Source of the DNA: an uncultured Clostridia bacterium
Lineage (GTDB): Bacteria; Bacillota; Clostridia; TANB77; CAG-508
NCBI GenBank assembly: GCA_944386325.1
Contig: CALXAP010000002.1
Coordinates: 63,030-127,029 of the forward strand
DNA length: 64,000 nt
Direction of reading: 5' to 3'
Of this stretch, positions 21,475 to 31,276 are shown one piece after another. How positions within the stretch are numbered: position 1 is the first letter of the stretch; each line of letters begins with the position of its first letter. A model generated the notes under the pieces. It was not told where the DNA came from, ran no database searches, and saw nothing but the letters and a program-made list of their open reading frames with translations. A program made the position numbers and the translations under genes.

Positions 21475-22042
21475 TTCCTTGAATTAAAATTCCATTTTTT
21501 AATATCTCAAATACTTCATTTGAAATATCCTTTTCATCTATATTTGTACTATCTAATTCACTCTCAAAAATTAAAGCCATATAAACTTTATAAATTACAA
21601 AAGTTAATACATCTAAATTACAATCTCTTATATATTTGTGTTCCTTTGCATATACTAATTTATTCTTTATATATTGTTTAACTTCTGTATCTAAAATTTT
21701 TATGGCTTCTATTATCTTTTGGTTTTTAAAATCTTGTGCTTCTTTTGTTATTGTACTTAAAAAATTGTTTTCTTTTTTATATTTTAATACTGTAAAAATG
21801 GTTTCATGTACCATTTCTAAAAAAGGTAATTTCTTGTTTTCGATATTTGTTACTGCCACACGCATTTTATCTAATTCTTCAAATATAAAATATTTTAACA
21901 ATTCTTCCTTATCTTTAAAATATGCATATACTGTTTTTTTGCTTACATTTGCTTCTCTTGCAATTTCATCCATACTGACTTTTTTATAGCCATATTTAGT
22001 AAATAATTTTCTTGCTGATTCTATTATTTGTTCCTTTTTCAT
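21467..22042 (-). CDS. TetR/AcrR family transcriptional regulator
   Basis: N-terminal HTH ESARKLFTKYGYKKVSMDEIAREANVSKKTVYAYF. Overlaps the downstream yhgE start by 8 nt. Confidence 0.8.
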   Translation of the reverse strand: MKKEQIIESARKLFTKYGYKKVSMDEIAREANVSKKTVYAYFKDKEELLKYFIFEELDKMRVAVTNIENKKLPFLEMVHETIFTVLKYKKENNFLSTITKEAQDFKNQKIIEAIKILDTEVKQYIKNKLVYAKEHKYIRDCNLDVLTFVIYKVYMALIFESELDSTNIDEKDISNEVFEILKNGILIQGSD

Positions 22043-22326
22043 ATATCCACCTCTTTTATACTATTACACTATTTTAGTTTACTAGTATAGTATACTCTTT
22101 TTATTATATGCTGTCAATATTATTTATTAGTATTTTTTATATAATAAATAACTGATTACTAATAATAATTAAAATTTATATTTTTGATTTTTTTGAGAAA
22201 TGGCTTTGTAGTTCAGGCGAACACTGTTCGCCCATACAATTATTTTTCTATATTATGTTTTATAGATTTTGGATATTTACCATAACAAAAAACTGATGTA
22301 TTGAAACATCAGTTTTTTGTTTGTAC

Positions 22327-22698
22327 TCACTTATAATAAAATTTGCTTAAATTACATGGATAAAATTTTTCAATTTTCCACACATCATTTAAATATATAT
22401 ACTTTGATTTTTTGCGGATAATTGGTTTTACTAAATTTACCTTGACTATTGCAGAATTTATATCGTCAAGTTCAATTAACTTTTCATCCCACTTATTAAA
22501 ATATTCAAAGGAATATTCTAAGCTTTTTTCTATAATCGAAAAATAATAAATTTTATTCGATTTTACTTTTTTCTTCAATACACGTGGCAAAACCAAATGT
22601 GTCTTTGTTATAACTATTCCTACAATAACATCTTTTTTATTTTCTCTCCAAATAAAAAAGCGATTATTTAAAAATCTCCGTAAACTTCTTAGAAGCAT
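22327..22698 (-). CDS. small basic hypothetical protein, member of a 4-gene tandem paralog array
   Basis: 123 aa. Basic N-terminus MLLRSLRRFLN, like its neighbours. Confidence 0.45.
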   Translation of the reverse strand: MLLRSLRRFLNNRFFIWRENKKDVIVGIVITKTHLVLPRVLKKKVKSNKIYYFSIIEKSLEYSFEYFNKWDEKLIELDDINSAIVKVNLVKPIIRKKSKYIYLNDVWKIEKFYPCNLSKFYYK

Positions 22699-22737
22699 AA
22701 TTATACCTCTTTTCTAAATTAATAATTTAATAGAATA

Positions 22738-23127
22738 TCATTTTTTTAAATACAATAAAAGGAACTTTTTTTCAATTTCTATAATATCTTTTAATGAAAA
22801 ATACCTTTTATTTTCATCTATTGTTTCAGGAAACTTTTCATTAATCATTCTTATAGCCTCAGGATTTATTTTTATGTTACTTATTTTTAAGCCCCTTTCA
22901 TTAGGAATTTCTTCGAAAAACTCCTCTGAAGATAAAATATCAAAATATCTAATCAGACAATTTGAAAATGGTCTTTTGTCCTTTTCTGTTCTAAGAACTT
23001 TTGCATCTACAATTGTTTCCCCCTTTTTTACTAAAGCAACTACTGTGCCTTCTCTTACATACTTTAAATTTTTTGCCTTTTTTTTCATTATAAAATCAAT
23101 TAGTTTCCGCAATTTCTTAAAAAACAT
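22738..23127 (-). CDS. small basic hypothetical protein, tandem paralog
   Basis: 129 aa. N-terminus MFFKKLRKLIDFIMKKK. Confidence 0.45.
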   Translation of the reverse strand: MFFKKLRKLIDFIMKKKAKNLKYVREGTVVALVKKGETIVDAKVLRTEKDKRPFSNCLIRYFDILSSEEFFEEIPNERGLKISNIKINPEAIRMINEKFPETIDENKRYFSLKDIIEIEKKFLLLYLKK

Positions 23128-23191
23128 TCAAAACACCTCTTTTAAATTTAATGCATTATTATTATATCATTATTTTTTTTAGTTTACAATA

Positions 23192-23279
23192 ATGTATTAG
23201 ACAAAAAAATTACATTATGTATTAGACAAAAAAATTACATATATTATTTCGAAATCTCAAAAATAATATATGTAATTTT
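23192..23279. promoter_or_regulatory. operator-like site: 24-bp tandem direct repeat overlapping an 18-bp perfect inverted repeat
   Basis: ATGTATTAGACAAAAAAATTACAT occurs twice (23192-23215 and 23217-23240). AAATTACATATATTATTT-N11-AAATAATATATGTAATTT lies at 23233-23279. The site is 65-150 bp upstream of the 22738..23127 gene. Confidence 0.5.
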
Positions 23280-23287
23280 AATAAATA

Positions 23288-23695
23288 TTATTTCATTATA
23301 TTAGGTAACTCTTTCTTTCTAATAGTTATTTCATTTTCATCTAAACCATTATAAAACGTATTTATCATTTCTTTTTCATATTTTTGATTTATAGTTTGAA
23401 TCACGCTTTTTACTGGTAGCCATTTTTCAATATAAAAACTTTTAACATCTTTTTGATTTTCAGAGATTTTTCTCTTTGAATCAATTGTATGAAAATAAAT
23501 TTCTAAACCAAAATGCTCCATTTTCATAACAGCAAGTTCATAAGATGTACTTCCATCTTTTTCATGAATTTTTACACCAACTAATCCGCTTTTACTAATA
23601 ACATCTTCATCTTTCTTTCCTAAAAACACTACATATTTTATATAGTTATAAGACTTCCGAAAACTTTTACCTAAATTTTTTAACATACTAGTCAT
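23288..23695 (-). CDS. small basic hypothetical protein, tandem paralog
   Basis: 135 aa. C-terminal region EKWLPVKSVIQTINQKYEKEMINTFYNGLDENEITIRKKELPNIMK aligns with the 23707..24099 protein. Confidence 0.5.
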   Translation of the reverse strand: MTSMLKNLGKSFRKSYNYIKYVVFLGKKDEDVISKSGLVGVKIHEKDGSTSYELAVMKMEHFGLEIYFHTIDSKRKISENQKDVKSFYIEKWLPVKSVIQTINQKYEKEMINTFYNGLDENEITIRKKELPNIMK

Positions 23696-23706
23696 TCCCT
23701 TCTAGA

Positions 23707-24099
23707 TTAAATAATTGTTGGTAATTCTTTTATTAGTATTTGATATTCCTCCTCTTCTAAACCCTCGTGTAAATTGCATATTACTTCTTTTTTATGTTTT
23801 TTATTAATTCTTTGTGTTACTTCATGAATAGGCATCCATTCTGTAACACCTACTTTTTCACTAGGTTTTTTCCAGTTAAAAATCACTTGGTGCATATCAC
23901 TTTTGCCATGAAGAAGAAAACCTTCAGATTCTTTTTGTGCTAAAAAGTTCTCATATGTGCCATCTAAATTCTTATATTTTACAATACCTAAATTGTATTT
24001 CATTAGCACATAATTTCTTTCCTGAGCACATGCAATTAATTCAAAATCCTTCCACCACTTTTTTAATCTCCGTAAAAAATTAATTAATTTTTTTAGCAT
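23707..24099 (-). CDS. small basic hypothetical protein, tandem paralog
   Basis: 130 aa. TEWMPIHEVTQRINKKHKKEVICNLHEGLEEEEYQILIKELPTII parallels its neighbour. N-terminus MLKKLINFLRRLKKWWK. Confidence 0.5.
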   Translation of the reverse strand: MLKKLINFLRRLKKWWKDFELIACAQERNYVLMKYNLGIVKYKNLDGTYENFLAQKESEGFLLHGKSDMHQVIFNWKKPSEKVGVTEWMPIHEVTQRINKKHKKEVICNLHEGLEEEEYQILIKELPTII

Positions 24100-24179
24100 T
24101 ATAATTCATCCTCTCTAAATAAGATTGCGACTCTTATTATACCATATTTATAAACACTTTACAATCCCATTTTTTCATA

Positions 24180-25085
24180 CTATGCTTCTCTCTTCCAATA
24201 AAATAAATACTGCTGTGCAATTCCCGCTAAATTACTATATTTCTTTTCAGCCAATCTTCTTATATCTTCTTTTTTTACTTTTGATTCATCTTCATTTTTT
24301 ATGTACAATTCATTCATAACTCTTCTTACCCATACATCAACAGGAAATACATCAAATCTCCTCATTGAAAATAGCATTATACAATCAGCAACTTTATCTC
24401 CTACTCCAGGAAATTTATTTAATTCTTCTCTTAGTACATTAGAATCTTGTATTTTCTCTATCTCATCTAATGATATTTCATTATTTAATATCATTTGTGT
24501 TGTATCATATACTCTCTTATCTCTAAAACCTAAACCTATATTTCTTAAATCCTGAACAGAAGCCTTACTTAATTCTTCTGGTGTTGGAAATGTATAATAT
24601 TTATTTTCTCTCCATATAATTTCTTTTCCATATTTTTCAGATAATTTTTCTATAATCTTTTTTATTCTTGGAATATTATTATTTGCAGAAATAATAAATG
24701 ATATTAATGTTTCCCATTTATCTTGTTTTAATATACGTATTCCTTCACCATATTTAATACTATTTTTAACATTTTCATCTATTTTTGAAAGTTCTTCTTT
24801 TATTTTTCTGTAATCTGTATCTAAATCAAAATATTTTCCGCATATTTCTTTGATATCTCCAGATAGATTTCCACAAAATATTATATCATTGTTAACTTTT
24901 TTCACATTTAATACATTTTTTCCAAATACACCAGTATAGCTACCATCTTCTTGTTTATTCCATCTAAAACATTGTCCACATTCAAAAATATGTTTTGGTT
25001 CAAAAGAATCTGCATTTTTTAATATATATGTTTGTTCCAAAATTATCTCCTCCATATAATAATTAATATTCATTTCTTTAAGCAA
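24180..25085 (-). CDS. ogg: HhH-GPD DNA glycosylase, 8-oxoguanine DNA glycosylase (Ogg)-like
   Basis: N-terminal CGQCFRW motif as in the OGG1 N-domain. FPGVGDKVADCIMLF...PVDVWVRRV matches the OGG HhH-GPD catalytic region. Confidence 0.6.
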   Translation of the reverse strand: MLKEMNINYYMEEIILEQTYILKNADSFEPKHIFECGQCFRWNKQEDGSYTGVFGKNVLNVKKVNNDIIFCGNLSGDIKEICGKYFDLDTDYRKIKEELSKIDENVKNSIKYGEGIRILKQDKWETLISFIISANNNIPRIKKIIEKLSEKYGKEIIWRENKYYTFPTPEELSKASVQDLRNIGLGFRDKRVYDTTQMILNNEISLDEIEKIQDSNVLREELNKFPGVGDKVADCIMLFSMRRFDVFPVDVWVRRVMNELYIKNEDESKVKKEDIRRLAEKKYSNLAGIAQQYLFYWKREA

Positions 25086-25086
25086 T

Positions 25087-26004
25087 TTAAATTTTTTCCA
25101 AATTATTTTCTACTATATCACTACCTTCTTTAAAGCCCTTTCCAAATACCTCTCTTGCATTAGAAATAACAATAAATGCATTTTTATCCACTTCATCTAC
25201 TATCTTTCTTATTTTCGAAACCTCATTTCTATTAACAACACATAATAAAATAGTTCTTTCTTTATTTGTATACATTCCTTTACCATATAAACCAGTAGTA
25301 CCTCTTGCTAAAACTTTATTTATACTATCTGATATTTGATCATATTTATCAGAAATAATAACTATCATTTTTGAAAAATTTATTCCCTCAAATGATATAT
25401 CTATCATTTTTCCCATTAGATATATTGCTATTGCAGAATATAAACCAACTTCTATAGTTCTAAAAAATAACACACTTAGTAATACTATTATTGTATCAAA
25501 AATTATAACAATATTACTAGTTCTAATTTGTACATTAAATTTTTTTAATATAGTAGTTATTAAATCTGTACCACCTGTTGAAGCATTAGCTTTAAATATT
25601 AAAGCTGTACCAAATCCCATTAATATTCCACCATATATACATGCTAATAATCTATCCTCAGTAAGTGATGGCAATGTTTCTAATATATTTAGAAACAAGG
25701 ATAATGAAATTGTACCTCCAATCGCTTTTAATATAAAATATTTTCCTATTTTTAAATATGCTAATATTAATAGTGGTATATTTATTACAAAATTAGTTGT
25801 TCCTACTGGTATATTCCACAAATAATATACTATAGTTCCTATACCAGAAAAACCTCCTGTTGATAAATGATTAGGAAGTAAAAACTGAGCAGTTGCAAAT
25901 GCCATTATTAAACTTCCCAATATAGTATATAAAATTTCTAAAAATATATTTTTAAAATAGTTACTCATACTAAAAGTATGAGTAATTTTACTATTTTTAT
26001 TCAA
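25087..26004 (-). CDS. YitT-family (DUF161/DUF2179) membrane protein
   Basis: Polytopic N-terminal domain with GGTDL-type motifs and a soluble C-terminal DUF2179-like domain. Confidence 0.55.
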   Translation of the reverse strand: MNKNSKITHTFSMSNYFKNIFLEILYTILGSLIMAFATAQFLLPNHLSTGGFSGIGTIVYYLWNIPVGTTNFVINIPLLILAYLKIGKYFILKAIGGTISLSLFLNILETLPSLTEDRLLACIYGGILMGFGTALIFKANASTGGTDLITTILKKFNVQIRTSNIVIIFDTIIVLLSVLFFRTIEVGLYSAIAIYLMGKMIDISFEGINFSKMIVIISDKYDQISDSINKVLARGTTGLYGKGMYTNKERTILLCVVNRNEVSKIRKIVDEVDKNAFIVISNAREVFGKGFKEGSDIVENNLEKI

Positions 26005-26062
26005 TTATTTTTTTATCTTATTTTCTTCTAAAAAATCTGAATATTTTTTTAAAATTTTTATA

Positions 26063-27076
26063 TCAAAATCTCCGAACTTTTCTTTCTGCATCTTGTACTA
26101 TTTTCAAATCTACATCATATAAATCTTTTAATTTATTAATATTTTCTTTTTTATGTCCTATCACATTATTAACATTTATTGGATTTACCGATATTTCAAC
26201 CTCTTTGACTTTTACATTAAATGTTTTTATTCTATTTACTATACTATCATACCAAACTGCATCTTCAACTAATTGACCAAATGCTTCATGATATGGACCT
26301 GCTACAACTTCACTTTCTTCATTTTCTGGAGATGATATTATATCTGTATTTTGCAAACCAATTCTTATAACTTCAATTTTTTTATTTCTAAAAAAGTAAT
26401 ACAATTCTTTACATCTTTCCACTGCTTGTTCTAAACTTAAAGGTATATATTCTCCACTTTTATATTCTTGCTCTAATTGTGTATTTTTTATTACTAAAAC
26501 AGGATATATTCTAATCATTTTTGGTTTTAATTTAGCTAAATCTTCTGCTGTTTTCATTTCATCTTTTTTTGTACTATCAGGCAATCCTACCATCATTTGA
26601 TGCCCTAATATGAAACCTTTTCTTCTTATCATTTTAGAAGCTTTTTTTACATCTTCAAAATTATGATTTCTTTTACATCTATCTAATAAATAATCATTAG
26701 AAGTTTGAACACCTAATTCTATAACTTTAACTCCATATTTTTTTAACATTTTTAGTATGTCTTTACTAATATAATCTGGTCTTGTTGATATTCTAATACT
26801 ATTAATATCACCACTTTTAATATATTCATGTGCAACTTTTAATAAATTTTCTTGTTTATTAATATCTATTCCTGTAAAACTGCCACCAAAAAAAGCTATT
26901 TCTTTATATGCAGTCTTATCTTTTAAATTTTCTAAATAAAAATTTACTATTTTTCTTACATCATTTTCTTTCACTTCTTCTAATTGTCCACTAATACTTC
27001 TTTGATTGCAAAATATACAATCATTAGGGCAACCCAAATGTGGTACAAATATTGGTATTATATAACGTTTTTTCAT
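26063..27076 (-). CDS. radical SAM protein (ELP3/TIGR01212-like)
   Basis: CPNDCIFCNQRS (CxxxCxxC) motif close to the N-terminus. Immediately downstream of rnc, as in many Clostridia. Confidence 0.7.
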   Translation of the reverse strand: MKKRYIIPIFVPHLGCPNDCIFCNQRSISGQLEEVKENDVRKIVNFYLENLKDKTAYKEIAFFGGSFTGIDINKQENLLKVAHEYIKSGDINSIRISTRPDYISKDILKMLKKYGVKVIELGVQTSNDYLLDRCKRNHNFEDVKKASKMIRRKGFILGHQMMVGLPDSTKKDEMKTAEDLAKLKPKMIRIYPVLVIKNTQLEQEYKSGEYIPLSLEQAVERCKELYYFFRNKKIEVIRIGLQNTDIISSPENEESEVVAGPYHEAFGQLVEDAVWYDSIVNRIKTFNVKVKEVEISVNPINVNNVIGHKKENINKLKDLYDVDLKIVQDAERKVRRF

Positions 27077-27087
27077 CCTTATGCCTC

Positions 27088-27765
27088 CTATTTCAATTTA
27101 GTTAAAGCTTCCTTAGCTGCATTCATCTCTGCTGATTTTTTTGTATTCCCCTCCCCTGTTGATATTATTTTACCATTCACACATAGTTCTACAGTAAATA
27201 CTTTTTTATGATCAGGTCCACTTTCTCCAATAGTTTTGTATTCTATATGAACATCTCCATGTTCTTGTAATTTTTCTTGTAATACAGTTTTATAATCCTT
27301 CATACCCACATGTTTTGTAGAAATTTCTATTGTTTCTTTCAGATTAGAAATGACAAATTTTTCAGCATTTTCAATTTCACCATCTAAATATATTGCAGCA
27401 ATTATAGCTTCAACAGAATCTGCAAGTATTGCTGGTCTACTTTTACCATCATTAACTATTTCACTCTTACCTAGAAATAAGAAATCACTAAAATTATGCT
27501 TTTTAGCTACTTGATATAAACTATTTTCACATACTACACTTGCTCTAACTTTAGTCATTTCTCCTTCTGATAAATTATTGTAATTTAGGAACAAGAATTT
27601 ACTTACTATTACCTCTAATATTGCATCTCCTAAAAACTCTAACTTCTCATTACTTTCTACTTTATTTTCATACGCATATGATGTATGTGTTAATGCTTTT
27701 TTTAATAATTGTTTATTTTTAAATTTATAACCTATATTTTGTTCTATTTGTGTAAAATTTTCCAT
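27088..27765 (-). CDS. rnc: ribonuclease III
   Basis: RNase III signature EKLEFLGDAILEVIVSKFLF and a C-terminal dsRBD. Confidence 0.9.
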   Translation of the reverse strand: MENFTQIEQNIGYKFKNKQLLKKALTHTSYAYENKVESNEKLEFLGDAILEVIVSKFLFLNYNNLSEGEMTKVRASVVCENSLYQVAKKHNFSDFLFLGKSEIVNDGKSRPAILADSVEAIIAAIYLDGEIENAEKFVISNLKETIEISTKHVGMKDYKTVLQEKLQEHGDVHIEYKTIGESGPDHKKVFTVELCVNGKIISTGEGNTKKSAEMNAAKEALTKLK

Positions 27766-27878
27766 GATACCTCCATTTGTTTTTCTTGAAAATAATTATA
27801 TATCTAATATTTATTTTTGGCAATTTATTTTCGCAAAAAAAAAGATATTGTTTTAATTAACAATACCCTTTTTATTTT

Positions 27879-28130
27879 CTATGTGTTTTCTTTTATATAA
27901 TCAACAACATCTCCAACTGTAACAACTTTTTCAGCGTCAGCATCTGGAATTTCTATATTGAATTCTTCTTCTAATGCCATTATAAATTCAACAATATCTA
28001 AAGAATCAGCTCCTAAATCATCTATAAAAGATGCCTCCATAGTTATTGAAGCTTCTGCAACTCCTAATTGTTCAACTATTATAGCTTTTACTTTTTCAAA
28101 TATCTCTTCTTGATTCATTATTTTGTACAC
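27879..28130 (-). CDS. acpP: acyl carrier protein
   Basis: 83 aa with the [11 protein letters not shown] phosphopantetheine attachment motif. Confidence 0.9.
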   Translation of the reverse strand: MYKIMNQEEIFEKVKAIIVEQLGVAEASITMEASFIDDLGADSLDIVEFIMALEEEFNIEIPDADAEKVVTVGDVVDYIKENT

Positions 28131-28237
28131 CTCCTTTAGCTAACTATAGTGAATTTTTTATATACACACTTATATATTATAATTTATTAAAATTGTCAAG
28201 TGTATTTTACTATAAATTATTTTTATTATTAATTTTT

Positions 28238-28417
28238 GTTTACAATTCACGGCATCAGATTTTGATATAATAATATTTCATAAATTTTTCGGCTCAATAC
28301 GATATTTAAGAATTTGTAATATATAAAAATCCAATGTAGGGGCGAACATTGTTCGCCCGCGCTACGAAGCTATTTCTAAAAAAATTGAACATATAAATTT
28401 TAGCCGTGAATTGTAAC
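28238..28417 (-). repeat. composite MITE-like intergenic element (reverse orientation) between acpP and plsX
   Basis: Terminal inverted repeats GTTTACAATTCACGGC ... GCCGTGAATTGTAAC. The interior holds the reverse complement of the E-module tail, the GC palindrome TGTAGGGGCGAACATTGTTCGCCCGCGCTACGAAG (28335-28369), and a reverse B module. Confidence 0.7.
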
Positions 28418-28420
28418 ACT

Positions 28421-29452
28421 TTACTTGTTAACTGTAATCTTTTCAAATTCTTTCATCATAATATTTACAGAATCGCTTTTTGCAAATTGTTCTGCTTGTT
28501 TTATTGTAAAATAAAATAAAAACTCATCACTACTTCCATGTGCTTTTACAACTGGTCTTTTCACTCCTAGAAATAATGCTCCACCATATTCTCTATAATC
28601 TAATTTTTTCTTAAACTTATTAATTGCAGGTAAAGTAGGTATAGTACAAATTTTTGACCATAAATTATGTGTTAAACTATCAACTAATGTATTTTTAACT
28701 AATTTCCCCATACCTTCTACAGTTTTTAGAAAAACATTACCAGTAAATCCATCTGTGATAAGTGCATCAATTTCACCAGAAAATGCATCTCGACCTTCTA
28801 CATTTCCAACAAAATTAATTCCCAATTCTTTCGATTTTTCTTTTAGTAATTTATAACTTTCTTTCATTAAGTCATTTCCTTTTGTTTCTTCAGTTCCTAT
28901 ATTTAATAATCCTATTGCAGGACTTTCGATTTTATACGTATTTTTTAAATAAAAATTAGCCATTTGTGCAAATTGCAATAAATTAATAGGTTTACAATTT
29001 GTATTTGCACCTGCATCCATAAGCATTAATCCTTTTTTATATGCAGGAAGCATTGGCGCAATAGCTGGTCTATCTATTCCTTTTATTCTTCCTACCAATA
29101 AAGTGGCACCTGTTAACAAAGCACCAGAATTTCCAGCAGAAATAAATACATCTCCTTTTCCTTCTTTTAATAATCTAAAACCTACTACCATAGATGAATC
29201 TTTTTTAGTTTTTATTGCATGTGTTGGAATATCTTCCATATTTATTACTTCTGTTGTATTATGTATTTTTATTTTATTTGTAATTTCCGATATACTATTT
29301 TTATCATACAACTCTTTAATTCTTTTATTAATAACATCTTCATTTCCTACAAGTGTAATGGTTCCTTCTATTTCATTTGAGGCTTTTATTGCACCTTTTA
29401 TTACTGCATCTGGGGCATTATCTCCACCCATTGCATCTACTAATATATTCAC
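28421..29452 (-). CDS. plsX: phosphate acyltransferase PlsX
   Basis: N-terminus MNILVDAMGGDNAP and overall PlsX pattern. Confidence 0.9.
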   Translation of the reverse strand: MNILVDAMGGDNAPDAVIKGAIKASNEIEGTITLVGNEDVINKRIKELYDKNSISEITNKIKIHNTTEVINMEDIPTHAIKTKKDSSMVVGFRLLKEGKGDVFISAGNSGALLTGATLLVGRIKGIDRPAIAPMLPAYKKGLMLMDAGANTNCKPINLLQFAQMANFYLKNTYKIESPAIGLLNIGTEETKGNDLMKESYKLLKEKSKELGINFVGNVEGRDAFSGEIDALITDGFTGNVFLKTVEGMGKLVKNTLVDSLTHNLWSKICTIPTLPAINKFKKKLDYREYGGALFLGVKRPVVKAHGSSDEFLFYFTIKQAEQFAKSDSVNIMMKEFEKITVNK

Positions 29453-29562
29453 AGTATAAATTCCTCACTTTCAATTTATTTTAAACCACTTTTATTTTAT
29501 TTTTTTTTCTCAAAAAAATCAATAGCTTTTGACCAAATAGTCTAATTTTATTAAAAAAATAA

Positions 29563-29718
29563 TTACTATTCACAGCTTATAAAATTATATATTCAATTTT
29601 TGAGAAATAATTTTATAGTGCGGGCGAACACTGTTCGCCCCTACAACTATATTTTTTTGTATTATGTTATATAGATTTTGATATAATTATATCAAAATCG
29701 AATGACGTAAATTATAAC
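29563..29718 (+). repeat. composite MITE-like element (modules A-B-C-D-A') with terminal inverted repeats, between plsX and tuf
   Basis: TTACTATTCACAGC ... GACGTAAATTATAAC termini. Contains ATATATTCAATTTTTGAGAAAT (B), the GC palindrome TAGTGCGGGCGAACACTGTTCGCCCCTACA (29616-29646), and TATAGATTTTGATATAAT (D). Confidence 0.75.
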
Positions 29719-29775
29719 AAAAGATAAAAAAAATAAGAAAAATCTTTGATTTTTCTTATTTTTTCTTTTATCTTT

Positions 29776-30978
29776 TTATTCAATTATATCAGCAACTATA
29801 CCAGAACCAACTGTTCTTCCACCTTCACGAATAGCAAATCTTAATCCTTTTTCTATAGCTATTGGTGTAATTAATTCTATTTCCATAGAAACATTATCTC
29901 CTGGCATAACCATTTCTGTTCCAGCAGGTAATTCTATAACACCTGTAACATCTGTTGTTCTGAAATAGAATTGTGGTCTATATCCATTGAAGAATGGTGT
30001 ATGTCTTCCACCTTCTTCTTTTGTTAATACATAAACTTCTGCTTTGAATTTTGTATGTGGATGTATTGTTCCTGGTTTTGCTAAAACTTGACCTCTTTCA
30101 ATTTCATTTCTTTGAATTCCTCTTAAAAGAACTCCTATATTATCTCCAGCTTCTGCTTGATCTAATAATTTTCTGAACATTTCAACACCTGTAACAACTG
30201 TCTTTTTCTTTTCTTGTGAAAGTCCAACAATTTCAACTTCTTCAGAAACTTTTATTGTTCCTCTTTCTACTCTACCTGTTGCAACTGTTCCTCTACCAGT
30301 AATTGTGAATACATCTTCTACTGGCATTAAGAATGGTTGATCAACTGGTCTTTCTGGTGTTGGTATATATGAATCAACTGCATCCATTAATTCTTTTATG
30401 CATTGATATTCTGGTGCATTAGGATCTGTTGATGTAGACTCTAATACTTTTAATGAAGATCCTTTTATTACTGGGATTTCATCTCCTGGGAAATCATAGC
30501 TTGATAATAAGTCTCTAACTTCCATTTCAACTAAATCTAATAATTCTGGATCATCAACCATGTCGCATTTGTTTAAATATACAACTATATATTTAACACC
30601 AACTTGTCTTGCAAGTAATATATGCTCTCTTGTTTGAGGCATTGGACCATCAGCTGCAGAAACAACTAATATTGCTCCATCCATTTGTGCAGCACCTGTA
30701 ATCATATTTTTTACATAGTCAGCATGACCTGGACAGTCAACATGTGCATAATGTCTTTTTTCTGTTTCATACTCAACATGTGCTGTATTTATTGTGATTC
30801 CTCTTGCTTTCTCCTCTGGTGCTCCATCAATTTGATCATATGCTGTATATTGTGCTTTTCCTAACAATCCTAAGTATTTTGTGATTGCTGCTGTTGTTGT
30901 TGTTTTTCCATGGTCTACGTGACCAATTGTACCAATGTTAACATGTGGTTTTGTTCTTTCAAATTTTGCTTTTGCCAT
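29776..30978 (-). CDS. tuf: elongation factor Tu
   Basis: [21 protein letters not shown] motifs. 400 aa. Last gene of the rpsL-rpsG-fusA-tuf str operon. Confidence 0.97.
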   Translation of the reverse strand: MAKAKFERTKPHVNIGTIGHVDHGKTTTTAAITKYLGLLGKAQYTAYDQIDGAPEEKARGITINTAHVEYETEKRHYAHVDCPGHADYVKNMITGAAQMDGAILVVSAADGPMPQTREHILLARQVGVKYIVVYLNKCDMVDDPELLDLVEMEVRDLLSSYDFPGDEIPVIKGSSLKVLESTSTDPNAPEYQCIKELMDAVDSYIPTPERPVDQPFLMPVEDVFTITGRGTVATGRVERGTIKVSEEVEIVGLSQEKKKTVVTGVEMFRKLLDQAEAGDNIGVLLRGIQRNEIERGQVLAKPGTIHPHTKFKAEVYVLTKEEGGRHTPFFNGYRPQFYFRTTDVTGVIELPAGTEMVMPGDNVSMEIELITPIAIEKGLRFAIREGGRTVGSGIVADIIE

Positions 30979-31164
30979 TTAAAAATCCTCCTTTAATTTT
31001 TTAGATGTTTTACATCTATCTATATTTTCAAAATTGAAAACTTATTTTCCATTTATGGGTATTTTACAATAAATTTTCTAATTATGCAAGCTTTTTAATT
31101 TATTTTATTAATTGTATTACTATTCACAGCTATAATTTATATATTCAATTTTTTGAGAAAATTA

Positions 31165-31195
31165 GTAGGGCAAGCGAACTATGTTCGCTCCTACA
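31165..31195 (+). repeat. GC-rich palindrome family C, degenerate copy, inside the fusA-tuf intergenic region
   Basis: GTAGGGCAAGCGAACTATGTTCGCTCCTACA preceded by ATATATTCAATTTTTTGAGAAA (B module) and TATTCACAGC (A module). Confidence 0.7.
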
Positions 31196-31276
31196 TCTTT
31201 TTTGCAATTTATAAATGTGTTATTTATTAAATATTACATTTTCTCAATATGAGTTATTATAAATTTAAACTATGAA

